A stretch of DNA of 64,000 nt from Thermoplasmatota archaeon (GTDB lineage: Archaea; Thermoplasmatota; E2; JACPAO01; JAHFTW01). Position 1 is the stretch's first letter; every line of letters begins with the position of its first letter. Of the stretch, positions 52,195 through 61,440 are shown piece by piece. The notes below the pieces were generated by a model. The model worked only from the letters and a program-made list of their open reading frames with translations, ran no database searches and was not told where the DNA came from. The DNA is taken from positions 5,655 to 69,654 of the forward strand of contig JBMYRW010000006.1 in assembly GCA_049602735.1 (NCBI GenBank). The letters run 5' to 3'. Both the position numbers and the translations under genes were made by a program.

Positions 52195-53415
52195 ATGCGA
52201 GCAATGAGCCTGGTCGAGGAAGAGCTGGGCGGCCCGACCGTCTTCAAGGACCTGGCGAAGCTCGACTTCGACTACGTCCCGGAGGAGCTGCCGCACCGCG
52301 ACGACGCCATCCGCTTCCTCGTGCGCACCTACAAGGGGCTCGGCCAGGGCAGCACCCACGAGAACGTCCTCATCTGGGGCCCCGTCGGCTGCGGCAAGAC
52401 CGCCCTCGCCAAGCGCTTCAGCCACGACCTGGCCACGGCGCTCGGCCGCCAAGGTCGCCGCATGGAGGTGGCGCACGTCAACTGCCGCCGCCGCAAGACC
52501 GCCGGCCTCGCCATGCTGGGCATCCTCAACCGCTTCGATGCCAACTATCCGGAGCGCGGCTTCAGCGTCGGCGAGATGGCCCGCGACCTGCGCACCCATC
52601 TGCAACGCCGCGACAGCCACCTCATCGTCATCCTGGACGAAGTGGATGCCCTGCTACGCGCCGACGGCGGCAACCTGGTCTACGACCTCACCCGCTTCAA
52701 CGACGAAGTCGGCACCTCCTGGACCGGCATCAGCCTCATCATGGTGAGCCAGCAGAACGTCCTCGAGCACCTGGACGACGCGGCGCTCTCCACCTTCAAG
52801 CGCGGCAACGTCCTGCAGCTCTCCCCGTACCCCCGCGACGAGATGGAAGGCATCCTGGAACACCGCAGCGACCTCGCCTTCCACCCTGGCGCCATGGATC
52901 CGGAATCCGTCAGCCTCATCGCCGACATCGCCGGCGAGGCCCCCGGCGGCTCTAGCGGCGGCCCCGGTGACGCCCGCCTCGGCATCGAGCTCCTCTGGAA
53001 GGCCGGCCTCATGGCGGACGACCAGCGCACCGACCTGGTGGAACCCGAACACGTGCGCGCCGCCAAGGCAGAGACGTTCAGCGTCGTCACCGAGAGCAAG
53101 CTGCGCAACCTCCCCAAGCACCCGCTTCTGGCCTTGATGGCGATCGGCCGGAGGCTTGGGCGGGACGGCGGCGCCTACACCACCACCGGCGCGGCGGAGG
53201 AGGCGTACCAATTGGTCTGCGAGGAGTTCGGCGAAGAGCCTCGCGGCCACACCCAGTACTGGAAGTACCTCAAACAGCTCCAGGACGCCGGGTTCCTGTT
53301 CAGCAAGCTCTCCGGCCGCGGCCACGCCGGGACGACGCAGCTGCTCTCCGTGCCCGACGTGCCCACCAAGGTGCTTGAGGAGAAGGTGCAGGAGATCCTC
53401 GGCCGTCCCGCCTGA
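52195..53415 (+). CDS. cdc6: Orc1/Cdc6 replication initiator
   Basis: LDFDYVPEELPHRDDAI, Walker A IWGPVGCGKT, Walker B IVILDEVD, sensor GDARLGIELL, and a C-terminal winged helix. Confidence 0.9.
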   Translation: MRAMSLVEEELGGPTVFKDLAKLDFDYVPEELPHRDDAIRFLVRTYKGLGQGSTHENVLIWGPVGCGKTALAKRFSHDLATALGRQGRRMEVAHVNCRRRKTAGLAMLGILNRFDANYPERGFSVGEMARDLRTHLQRRDSHLIVILDEVDALLRADGGNLVYDLTRFNDEVGTSWTGISLIMVSQQNVLEHLDDAALSTFKRGNVLQLSPYPRDEMEGILEHRSDLAFHPGAMDPESVSLIADIAGEAPGGSSGGPGDARLGIELLWKAGLMADDQRTDLVEPEHVRAAKAETFSVVTESKLRNLPKHPLLALMAIGRRLGRDGGAYTTTGAAEEAYQLVCEEFGEEPRGHTQYWKYLKQLQDAGFLFSKLSGRGHAGTTQLLSVPDVPTKVLEEKVQEILGRPA

Positions 53416-53475
53416 GGGGCTTTGGTCCCTTTTCACAAGCTACTTCCCCCGGGAGAGAACATATCGTATCACTCC

Positions 53476-54165
53476 ATGCAGGACATCCGATCCCAGCGCC
53501 GATCCGAACGGGAGGCCCTGCTGGCGGAGATCGAACTCGCAGGTTACCTGACCGACCCGCTCGTCGAAGACGCCATGATGCGCGTGCCGCGCCATCTGTT
53601 CGTCCCCGAGGAGCTGGAGGACCTGGCCTATGAGGACCGGCCGCTGCCCATCGCCTTCGAGCAGACCATCAGCGCACCGCACATGGTGGCCATGATGACC
53701 AGCGCCTTGCAGCTCCAGCCGGGCGACAAGGTGCTCGAAGTGGGCACCGGCGCCGGCTACCACGCGGCCATCCTAGAGCACGTGGTGGGCCCGGAAGGGA
53801 GCGTCACGTCCGTCGAGTACCTGCCGGAGCTGGCGCAGCTCGCCCGTGACAACCTGGCCAAGATCGACTCGAAGGTGAAGGTCGTGGTGGGCGACGGCGC
53901 GGACGGTCACCGGGACGGCGCCCCCTACGACGCCGTGCTGGTCACCTGCGCCATCCCCCGCATCCCCGAGACACTCATGGCCCAGGTGCGCGAGGGCGGC
54001 CACCTGGTCGCCCCCGTCGGCATCACCCGGTGCAGCCTGCTTGCGGGCAAGCTCACGACGGGGCACTTCCACGCGGACGATCTGGGCCCGTGCCTGTTCG
54101 TCAACGTCCAGGGCTCCCTGGCGCCGCCGAAGGAACTGCCGAGCCCCTCTGACGAAGAAGAGTAG
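53476..54165 (+). CDS. pcm: Protein-L-isoaspartate O-methyltransferase
   Basis: ORF trimmed to the ATG at 53476. MRVPRHLFVP, QTISAPHMVAMM, VLEVGTGAGYHAA and YDAVLVTCA. Confidence 0.9.
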   Translation: MQDIRSQRRSEREALLAEIELAGYLTDPLVEDAMMRVPRHLFVPEELEDLAYEDRPLPIAFEQTISAPHMVAMMTSALQLQPGDKVLEVGTGAGYHAAILEHVVGPEGSVTSVEYLPELAQLARDNLAKIDSKVKVVVGDGADGHRDGAPYDAVLVTCAIPRIPETLMAQVREGGHLVAPVGITRCSLLAGKLTTGHFHADDLGPCLFVNVQGSLAPPKELPSPSDEEE

Positions 54166-54182
54166 GGGTGCTGCGGGCCCGT

Positions 54183-54677
54183 TCAGTCCGCCGTCTCGAT
54201 GTCCTCCAGGCCGGGCGCCGGGGCGGGCAGCCCTCCCGGTACGCCGCCGTAGAAGCTCCGCTTGGCATCGACGAGGAAGCGACCCCGCACGGCGCGTCGG
54301 CCCAGCAGCATCCGGAAGCCCATGGCGTCCCGGTCGGCCAGCGTCACCTCGGTGCGCCACTGGTGGCCTGCGAAATCGAGGGTCGTGCGGATCGCCGGCC
54401 GCAGCGTCTCGTGGCCGCCGCTGTCGCGCACCAGGCGCTCGCCGGCCAGCTTGGCCTCGGCGGTCACTTGGTGGTCCGCGTCCTTCTGGAACGGCCGCAC
54501 GGTGAAGCGCACCCAAGGCACCCCTTTGTGCTCGAACCGCTCCACGTCGAAGGCGTGCAGGGCGCTCGTGCGGGCGCCGGTGTCGACCTTGACCTTGACG
54601 GCGTCGATCCCGAGTCGTGGCAGGCCGATCCATTCCCGCCAGCCGATCACCGGGGTCGAGGCCGCATCCAGGTCCAC
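54183..54677 (-). CDS. DUF785 retropepsin-like 'ATP-dependent zinc protease' family protein
   Basis: GTG start. IGWREWIGLPRLGIDAVKVKVDTGARTSALHA is the family signature (D-T/S-G). Confidence 0.75.
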   Translation of the reverse strand: MDLDAASTPVIGWREWIGLPRLGIDAVKVKVDTGARTSALHAFDVERFEHKGVPWVRFTVRPFQKDADHQVTAEAKLAGERLVRDSGGHETLRPAIRTTLDFAGHQWRTEVTLADRDAMGFRMLLGRRAVRGRFLVDAKRSFYGGVPGGLPAPAPGLEDIETAD

Positions 54678-54716
54678 GACGCGGCGACCCAGAGGCGGGC
54701 AAAAACGGCTCGGCTG

Positions 54717-56198
54717 CTAGCGTAGCCCTTCGTCGCCAGGTTCGTCCGTCTCCGGCCTGGCTGCAGCCGGCGGCGGCGAAGGCACCGACAAGGAGCCGCT
54801 TGGGTCCCCCGACTGCTCCTTGGGCGCCAGGCGCTCCTTCCATTCCTGTAGGAACGCCTCGTCGGCCACCCGGTCGGTGTCCAGGAACAGCACCGGCACC
54901 GGGCAGTCGTGCAACGACTGCTGGACCTCGACCCGCATCCAGGCACCCAGGCGCACCCGTTGGCTCTCGCCGAGGACCACGAGCCGGGCGCCCACCTCCG
55001 CCACCACCTTGTTGACGGCAGCGGCGAAGTCTCCCACTTCAAGGCGTCCCTGCGCCGGCACGCCCTTGGCCTGCGCCTTGGCCATGTACAGGTTGATGGC
55101 CGCCTGCGGGTCGTGGACCTTCAGTTCATCCTGGGGCGGCCGCACGTTGAGGACCATGAGGCGCCCACCGACGCCGGCCACGAACTCCAGCACGCGGTCC
55201 GCCATCGCCTGCGCGCCCCGGCTGCCCCGCGTGCACACCAGGACCACGGGCTTGCGGGCGGCGTCGCCCTTGTGGAACTCCGGCGTCGGCGCGGGCTCGG
55301 GCAGGTCCTTGTGGTACGTGATGGTGCGCTGAGGGAACGGCACCGCGACGCCGACCTCGTTGAAGCGCCGCAGCATCTGCCGCAGCAGGGCGTCCTGCAC
55401 GGCCGCCTTGTCCTGCGCCCGCCCCAGCCAGCACCGTAGCTCCAGGTCGAGGCTGCTTTGGCCCAGGTTGCGCAGCCGCACCACCGGTTCCGGGAACGCC
55501 AGCACGCCGACGTGGCTCCGCGCAGCCGCCAGGGCCACGGATTCCGCCAGTTCGACGCTGGATTCGTAGCTGATGCCGAACGGTACCTCCAGCCGCAACG
55601 TCCCCGTCTCGTGACGGGTGTAGTTCCAGACCTCCTGGGTGTCCAGGATGGCGTTGGGCACCACGACGTATTCACCTGACGTGGTCGTGATGCGGGTACT
55701 GCGCAGGCCGATCGACTCCACGTCGCCCCATGTCTGGCCGACCCGGATGCGGTCGCCCACGTCGAACGGCTTGTCCATGGTGAGCCCGATGCCGGCGGCG
55801 ATGTTGGCCACCGTGTTCTGGAGACCGAAGCCGAGCGCCAAGGACACGATGCCCAGCGTCGCCACCATGCCGAGCGGGTCGACGCCGTAGACCGCGCTCA
55901 AGCCGACGCTCAGGCCCACGGCGAGGCTGGCGAGCATGAGTGCCCGACCGACGAAGAGCTGGCCGCTGGTGGGGCGGCTTCGGCGGGCCCGTTCGTAGAG
56001 TGCCCGCAGCCCGCGGCCGATCAGGTACGCCACGGCCAGGACCAGGAGGAAGGCCCCCAGATCGCCACCGATGCGGCTCGCCTCCGAGAGCGCCGTGTCG
56101 AGGACAGAGTCAAGGGGCCCGTCGGAGCCCCCCGATGGCGGCGTCGCGGTGGCGTTGTCCGCCGTCGCATTGCCGTCACCGTGCCCGGTCATGCCCAA
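54717..56198 (-). CDS. MscS-family mechanosensitive channel fused to a C-terminal universal-stress-protein-like domain
   Basis: MscS core FGLQNTVANIAAGIGLTMDKPFDVGDRIRV...GDVESIGLRSTRI. C-terminal PVVLVCTRGS...ARLVVLGES...CPVPVLFL is USP-like. Confidence 0.8.
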   Translation of the reverse strand: MGMTGHGDGNATADNATATPPSGGSDGPLDSVLDTALSEASRIGGDLGAFLLVLAVAYLIGRGLRALYERARRSRPTSGQLFVGRALMLASLAVGLSVGLSAVYGVDPLGMVATLGIVSLALGFGLQNTVANIAAGIGLTMDKPFDVGDRIRVGQTWGDVESIGLRSTRITTTSGEYVVVPNAILDTQEVWNYTRHETGTLRLEVPFGISYESSVELAESVALAAARSHVGVLAFPEPVVRLRNLGQSSLDLELRCWLGRAQDKAAVQDALLRQMLRRFNEVGVAVPFPQRTITYHKDLPEPAPTPEFHKGDAARKPVVLVCTRGSRGAQAMADRVLEFVAGVGGRLMVLNVRPPQDELKVHDPQAAINLYMAKAQAKGVPAQGRLEVGDFAAAVNKVVAEVGARLVVLGESQRVRLGAWMRVEVQQSLHDCPVPVLFLDTDRVADEAFLQEWKERLAPKEQSGDPSGSLSVPSPPPAAARPETDEPGDEGLR

Positions 56199-56246
56199 GC
56201 ATCGGCGTCGCGGGCTTGAAGGCTTGCGATGCCAAGCGCCGCCCGG

Positions 56247-56651
56247 CTAGTCGCAGTTGCTGAACAAGTGGACCGCCGAATCGACCACGTGGACCTGCAG
56301 ATTAGGATCACCGCATCGAGACGGGTCGATCGTCTTGAAGCCGGTCGGGTTGGCTCCATCGAAGGTCTCGATCTTGAGCGCCCCGGCCTTCGCCGTCGCG
56401 GTGAACAGCACCTCGTAGTCATCCACGGCCTTGCCAGCGGTCGTGTAGGTGCCGCGCTTGAGCTCCTGGCCATCCTGACTGACCTTCACGGTGATGGTCC
56501 GATCATCGCCCGCCAGAGCGTGCGCCGCTTCGATGGGCACCTGATAGGTGGTCGCCGATCCACCTGGGCCTCCCGCCGCATCGTCGTCCGTCGAGCTTGT
56601 GCAACCGGCCAGGACAAGAGCCAAGGCCGTCAACAACGCCATCACGCGCAT
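56247..56651 (-). CDS. Small hypothetical lipoprotein
   Basis: ORF 56247-57533 trimmed to MRVMALLTALALVLAGC followed by TSSTDDD. The rest of that ORF is antisense to the multicopper oxidase gene. Confidence 0.55.
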   Translation of the reverse strand: MRVMALLTALALVLAGCTSSTDDDAAGGPGGSATTYQVPIEAAHALAGDDRTITVKVSQDGQELKRGTYTTAGKAVDDYEVLFTATAKAGALKIETFDGANPTGFKTIDPSRCGDPNLQVHVVDSAVHLFSNCD

Positions 56652-56795
56652 GGACCGGCCCAGTCGCGGCCCTGGCAAGGCGATTGGCTTCGGGGTGCCT
56701 CCGACGAACTTCGCCCGTGCCGATCCTGGTCGGACGGTCTTGGTGGCCGGCGCCCCCACCGGCTCGTTTTCGGTGGACCCCCCTGTGGTGCGCCC

Positions 56796-58397
56796 ATGAA
56801 GGCGCTTCTTCCCATCGTCCTCCTGCTCGTGACCGGCCTGGCCGGTTGTCTGGGAGGCGACGAAGGTGAATTCACGTACCGTCCCGGCGAGGACTTCACA
56901 CCCACTGGTCGGACCATCGACCTGCGAGCGACCGTCCTCGACCTGGTGGCCAAGGAGATCTATCCCGGCTTTTCCGCAAACATGTGGGCGTTCTGCTTCA
57001 AACCCGCCGACCCCGACGACGAGGTCAGCGCAGCCGCCATCGAGTACCCGCCGCTTGGCGGCGTGGACACGGACCAAGAGGCCTGGAAAGGGACCTGCAG
57101 TACGCCGGGCCCGACGCTGCGCGTCCAGCAGGGCGACCGCGTGATCGTCCGGTTCGAGAACAACCACGTCCACCCACATACGATCCATTGGCACGGCCAG
57201 TACGTACCGTGGGACAGTGACGGCGTACCGGGCAGCACGCAGGATAGCGTCAAGCCCGGGCAGTCGTTCAAGTATGACTTCATCGCCAGCCGTGCTGGCA
57301 CGCTCTGGTACCACTGTCACGTGGATACCCAGTTCCATGTGATGCAGGGCCTGTACGGCGTGATGATCGTGGAGCCGCAGGACGAACGCTGGGAGCCCGA
57401 GACCGACCGCGACATGGTGTGGACCCTTGGCACCTTGCAGCGCGACCTGGTGGAGGCGACCCCCCGTCGCGTCGCGGACCCCCATGCGGACCACCAGGGA
57501 CTCGGGTCCTGTGGTGTCACGGGCGAGCAGCAATGCCAGAACCCTCCCGTGGACGTCACGCCAGACGTGTTCATGATCAACGGCGTCAGTTTCCCCAATA
57601 CGCTCGATCGGGAGGACACGTTCATCCTGCTGGAGCCGGACGAAAAGGTGCGGCTACGGATACTGAACGCCGGCACCACCATCGAGACCATCCACACCCA
57701 TGGCCACGACATGCTGGTGACGCACGTGGACGGCAACCCCCTCCCCCCTGCGGCCCGCTACTACGTCGACACGATCCCGGTCATGCCGGCCCAGCGCATT
57801 GATGTCGTCATCGAAGGGCGAGAGGGCAACGAAGGCGTCTGGGTGGTCCACACCCATGTGGTCGACCACGTCGTCAACGACGGTCAATACCCCGGCGGCA
57901 TGCTCACGAAGATCGTCTACCCTGAGTTCCTGGATGACAAGACGCCGTTCGCCGGCGTCGAGCTGCCCGGCGGCCTGCCGTATGAGCCGCCGCTGGAGCT
58001 GCCGGAGGACCTGGAGCTGCGCTCGGCATGGGAATTCGGCACCGCGATGAACACGACGGTCACCATGGACATCCCGATCGAGTTGCCTTGCGCGGTGCGG
58101 GCATTCACGCTGAGCGTCGAATCCGATTCGGCGACCGGGCCGACCCAGTTGCTCAACGAGATCCACTTGAAGCTCATCGCGCCGGACGGCGACGAGCTCT
58201 TCGAGGAGGACCTGGCTGCGGGTCGCCTCTTCACGTGGAGCTTCGATGGCGAAGGCCACTTGGAGGCCGGCAACTACACCTTGGAGATTCAAGGCCGTAC
58301 CGTCGATTCGGTGATCCGTGCCGTCGCGGCGGTGGACTACGCCGACACCGAGGAGGAGCTCGCCCGCTTCGGCCTCGACTGCGACGAGGACCATTAG
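56796..58397 (+). CDS. Multicopper oxidase (laccase-like) lipoprotein
   Basis: ORF 56229 trimmed to MKALLPIVLLLVTGLAGC. Copper motifs HTIHWHG, WYHCH, HTHGHD and VHTH. Confidence 0.85.
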   Translation: MKALLPIVLLLVTGLAGCLGGDEGEFTYRPGEDFTPTGRTIDLRATVLDLVAKEIYPGFSANMWAFCFKPADPDDEVSAAAIEYPPLGGVDTDQEAWKGTCSTPGPTLRVQQGDRVIVRFENNHVHPHTIHWHGQYVPWDSDGVPGSTQDSVKPGQSFKYDFIASRAGTLWYHCHVDTQFHVMQGLYGVMIVEPQDERWEPETDRDMVWTLGTLQRDLVEATPRRVADPHADHQGLGSCGVTGEQQCQNPPVDVTPDVFMINGVSFPNTLDREDTFILLEPDEKVRLRILNAGTTIETIHTHGHDMLVTHVDGNPLPPAARYYVDTIPVMPAQRIDVVIEGREGNEGVWVVHTHVVDHVVNDGQYPGGMLTKIVYPEFLDDKTPFAGVELPGGLPYEPPLELPEDLELRSAWEFGTAMNTTVTMDIPIELPCAVRAFTLSVESDSATGPTQLLNEIHLKLIAPDGDELFEEDLAAGRLFTWSFDGEGHLEAGNYTLEIQGRTVDSVIRAVAAVDYADTEEELARFGLDCDEDH

Positions 58398-58682
58398 GTC
58401 CTCTCGTCCAGAGGCTACCTTCTCCTTCCATCCGATTCTATCTGATGACGCGCCAAGCCCGGGCGTCCATCCCCCCCTTACGCGAACGCCCGGCTGTTGA
58501 AAGCACGGTGTTCCCGTCCGGTTGCAGGGGACGGCATCGCCTTGCCGGCCCGTGCCGCGGTGGCCTGGCACCGCTACAAATCATGCCGCGCGACTTGCAA
58601 TGACAAAGAGGCCATGGTCAGAAAGCGAGCAGCAGAAAACAAGAGCGAAGGGGAGAGGGGGAAGGTGGACGAATGGGGCCGG

Positions 58683-59240
58683 TCAGGGAGAGCCCTTGCG
58701 GACGATCGCCGCGATAATCAAGCCGAAGGCCAACGCGACGATGATCCAGAAGAGGGCGTTCCCTTGCGATCCATCATCATGGACGTGATCATGGCCGTCA
58801 CCGGCCTGGCTGCCTGCACTCCCACCCCCCATGCTCGCGATGTGGTCGGCGTGCTCGCCCCCCGTCTCTGCGACCTTGTGCATGATGGCACCTGTGTTGC
58901 GCCAGGTCACCGTGTCGCCGACGCGCACCGTCAGCTGTTCCGGTGTGAACGACCATTGTTGGTAGTCCTCCGGCTCCTCGATCTCGATCACCACCTCTTG
59001 GGGCTCGTAGCCTTCGGGAGCCTCTTCGATGATGATGGTGGCCTGCATCCACGGATGCGGGTGGCAGTGGTATTCGAAGGTGCCAGGCTCGGTGAAGATG
59101 TGCGACCAGTCCTCTCCGGGCTGTTGCTGAGGCCCCGCAAGGGCGTCTTCTCCGTGGGCGTGGTCATCGTGGCCATCCTGTGCCATCGTCATCGGGGCCG
59201 CCAGCACCAGCAGGCAGGCCAACAACGCGGTGCGTACCAT
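58683..59240 (-). CDS. Membrane-anchored cupredoxin-like blue-copper protein with His-rich linkers
   Basis: ATG at 59240 (MVRTALLACLLVLAAPMTMA). YHCHPHPWM is a C-x2-H-x4-M copper loop. VGDTVTWRNTGAIMHKV is a first-His strand. C-terminal TM helix LFWIIVALAFGLIIAAIV. Confidence 0.7.
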   Translation of the reverse strand: MVRTALLACLLVLAAPMTMAQDGHDDHAHGEDALAGPQQQPGEDWSHIFTEPGTFEYHCHPHPWMQATIIIEEAPEGYEPQEVVIEIEEPEDYQQWSFTPEQLTVRVGDTVTWRNTGAIMHKVAETGGEHADHIASMGGGSAGSQAGDGHDHVHDDGSQGNALFWIIVALAFGLIIAAIVRKGSP

Positions 59241-59339
59241 GCTCTTCGACACCAGCGAGGCTATTTAGGGCTCATTTGACGAAATTGGCTGAGGCGACCA
59301 CCAAAGTGCCTCTTTTGCCAAGCACGTCTTCCCGCGGCT

Positions 59340-59624
59340 ATGTCCGACTACACGACCGCCTCGTCCCTGCTGTTGGCCATCGTGGCTGGCGGTGCCTTGG
59401 CCTTGGCCCTGGTGACCTGGAGTGCAGCGGACCGACTAGGGGATGTTCGGCTCCGCTGGATCGCCGCAGCCTTCGGGATTTTCTTCGTCAAGTCGTGCTA
59501 CTCGATTTATACCATCCAGGTCCCTGTTTGGCATCATGAGCTAACGGAGCTGGCCGGCGCCGTTTTCGACGTGGCGATGGTGGCATGCCTCGCAGCCCCT
59601 TTGATGCGACGTGGTGCGCAGTAG
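59340..59624 (+). CDS. Small three-TM membrane protein
   Basis: Hydrophobic helices LLLAIVAGGALALALV, WIAAAFGIFFV and AVFDVAMVACLAAPL. The stop TAG abuts the next ATG. Confidence 0.5.
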   Translation: MSDYTTASSLLLAIVAGGALALALVTWSAADRLGDVRLRWIAAAFGIFFVKSCYSIYTIQVPVWHHELTELAGAVFDVAMVACLAAPLMRRGAQ

Positions 59625-60464
59625 ATGCCGCCCGAAGCGGAGCTGCGTGGCCGCATCCTCCAACTCGTCGACCGGTACCCCGGCCTCCATCTGCGCGAGA
59701 TCCAGCGCCGCATGGAATGTAGTGCCATGTTGGCCGAATACCATCTCAACGCTCTGGAGAACCTGGACCTTGTCCAGAGCACGCAAGAAGGGCGGTACAG
59801 GGTCTTCTTCGCGACGCGCGGCACCGCCGTGGCCCTCAGCCGTGCGGACCGTCGGTGGCTGACCCTCATGCGACGGCCGCCGATCCTTGGCCTCGTCCTG
59901 CTGCTGCTCGACCGGGGCCCCCTGCGACCCCTGGAGATCGCCCAGGCCTTGGAGCAACCGACCAGTACGGCGGCCTACCAGCTGGGCGTGTGCGAGAAGG
60001 GAGGCCTCGTCGTGCGGGTGGTCCAAGGGGGTGGCAAGGTGATCGCGCTGGCACACCCGGAGCGGATCACGGAGCTCCTGAGGGCGCATCACCCGACCCC
60101 CGATCTGCTGGCCGACTATGGTTCCCTCTGGCAGGGGATCTTCCGAAGACCGAAGGGCAGCGGAGGGCACCACCACGAGGCGACCCATCCTTTGCCTGAG
60201 GCGATCCAGGGCGAACGCAGCAGCGTCGCCACCATCTACATGGCGTTGTTGGCAGGCCCCCAGACCCAGAAGGAGATCTGCCTGGAGACCGGATTGGCGC
60301 GGCGGACCGTGTACGGGGCTCTGCGTCGTCTGCGGGCGCTCGGCCTGACCGAGGAACGCGCCCACCTCTTGGACACGCGGCAGACACGCTTCTGGCTCAA
60401 GGACCCGCCCGAACGGTCTTCGGACGAAGGGGCCGGCAGCCCAAGCGACAAGCCTGGGTCGTGA
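59625..60464 (+). CDS. Multi-winged-helix (ArsR/TrmB-like) transcriptional regulator
   Basis: Three wHTH-like segments: RILQLVDRYPGLHLREIQRRMECSAMLAEYHLNALENLDLV, LLLLLDRGPLRPLEIAQALEQPTSTAAYQLGVCEKGGLV, and IYMALLAGPQTQKEICLETGLARRTVYGALRRLRALGL. Confidence 0.65.
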   Translation: MPPEAELRGRILQLVDRYPGLHLREIQRRMECSAMLAEYHLNALENLDLVQSTQEGRYRVFFATRGTAVALSRADRRWLTLMRRPPILGLVLLLLDRGPLRPLEIAQALEQPTSTAAYQLGVCEKGGLVVRVVQGGGKVIALAHPERITELLRAHHPTPDLLADYGSLWQGIFRRPKGSGGHHHEATHPLPEAIQGERSSVATIYMALLAGPQTQKEICLETGLARRTVYGALRRLRALGLTEERAHLLDTRQTRFWLKDPPERSSDEGAGSPSDKPGS

Positions 60465-61399
60465 TGCGAAGCAGCATGGATGGTCGAACGACCCTGGCCT
60501 CTGCGTGCGCGCTCATGGCGCTGGTGGCTTTGCTTACCGCCTCGACGCCGGCGACTGCGCAGTTGCCGGCTGAGGGCGCCACGCTACAGGTCGCGATGCC
60601 TGCGCACCTGGAACCAGGGACGGCGACGCAAGTCCCGGTCGTCTTCGAGGTAGGCTGCGCCGAGATCGCCCTCTCCGGCTCCACGGTCTTGGTGGATCTT
60701 GAAGCAGCGCCTTCCTGGCTGGCCGTCGATGGCCCATCGTGGACCGTGGGTCTTCTCGATTGCCTTGGTCTGGAGAAGGTGACCCTGACAGGCCAACTCA
60801 ACCTGACCCCCACGGCGGAGGCCCCCGGCCTCGAGCCGTTCACGGTGGACGCCCTCGGCCGCATCGACGACCACGAGTACCTCGTGGAGGGACTCACCAG
60901 CGAGCTCCTCTACCGCCCGGGCCACACCATGGACCCCAGCGGCGACCAGACGTTCACCGTCGATGGCCCCACCTACACCTTCGATCTCCAGGTGGAGATC
61001 ACGGCCAACGCCAAGACGATGGTGATGTTCGAGGACAAGGTCGTCAGCGGCCAAGCGTTCCTCACGGGACTGCGCGCCAAGGTGTTCGATGTGCCCAACG
61101 GCGAACGGACGGCCACGTTGCCGATCACGTTCGAGGCCCCGGAAGGCCCCTGGACGGAAGAGACGGCCACCTTCTACAACTACAGTCATTGTCTGGGCGG
61201 CGAAGACTGTGGGGAAGAGCTGGCCCGCACCATCACCTGGACCTTCGTGAACGCTGACCCGGATGCCGGGTCTGCCACGACGGACCAGCCGCACGATGGT
61301 GGCAAGGAAGGCAAGGGCACGCCTGGCCTCGCTCTCCCGGGGTTGGTGGCATCAGTGGCTGTCGGAGCCCGCTTGGCGCGACGGGGCGCCAAGCGGTAG
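60464..61399 (+). CDS. Secreted surface protein with PGF-CTERM-like anchor
   Basis: ATG overlaps the upstream stop (TGATG). Signal peptide ...ALMALVALLTASTPATAQ. C-terminus GKGTPGLALPGLVASVAVGARLARRGAKR. Confidence 0.55.
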   Translation: MRSSMDGRTTLASACALMALVALLTASTPATAQLPAEGATLQVAMPAHLEPGTATQVPVVFEVGCAEIALSGSTVLVDLEAAPSWLAVDGPSWTVGLLDCLGLEKVTLTGQLNLTPTAEAPGLEPFTVDALGRIDDHEYLVEGLTSELLYRPGHTMDPSGDQTFTVDGPTYTFDLQVEITANAKTMVMFEDKVVSGQAFLTGLRAKVFDVPNGERTATLPITFEAPEGPWTEETATFYNYSHCLGGEDCGEELARTITWTFVNADPDAGSATTDQPHDGGKEGKGTPGLALPGLVASVAVGARLARRGAKR

Positions 61400-61440
61400 G
61401 GGCCGCACAGGCCAAGTGACCCACCCGCCTGCCCGGCCCC

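Noticed and set aside
56652-57533. Long extension of the minus-strand ORF 56247-57533, and the reciprocal extension 56229-56795 of the plus-strand ORF
   Set aside because: The two ORFs overlap extensively. Signal-peptide and lipobox starts (MRVMALL... at 56651, MKALLPIV... at 56796) resolve them into two divergent lipoprotein genes with a 144-nt spacer.
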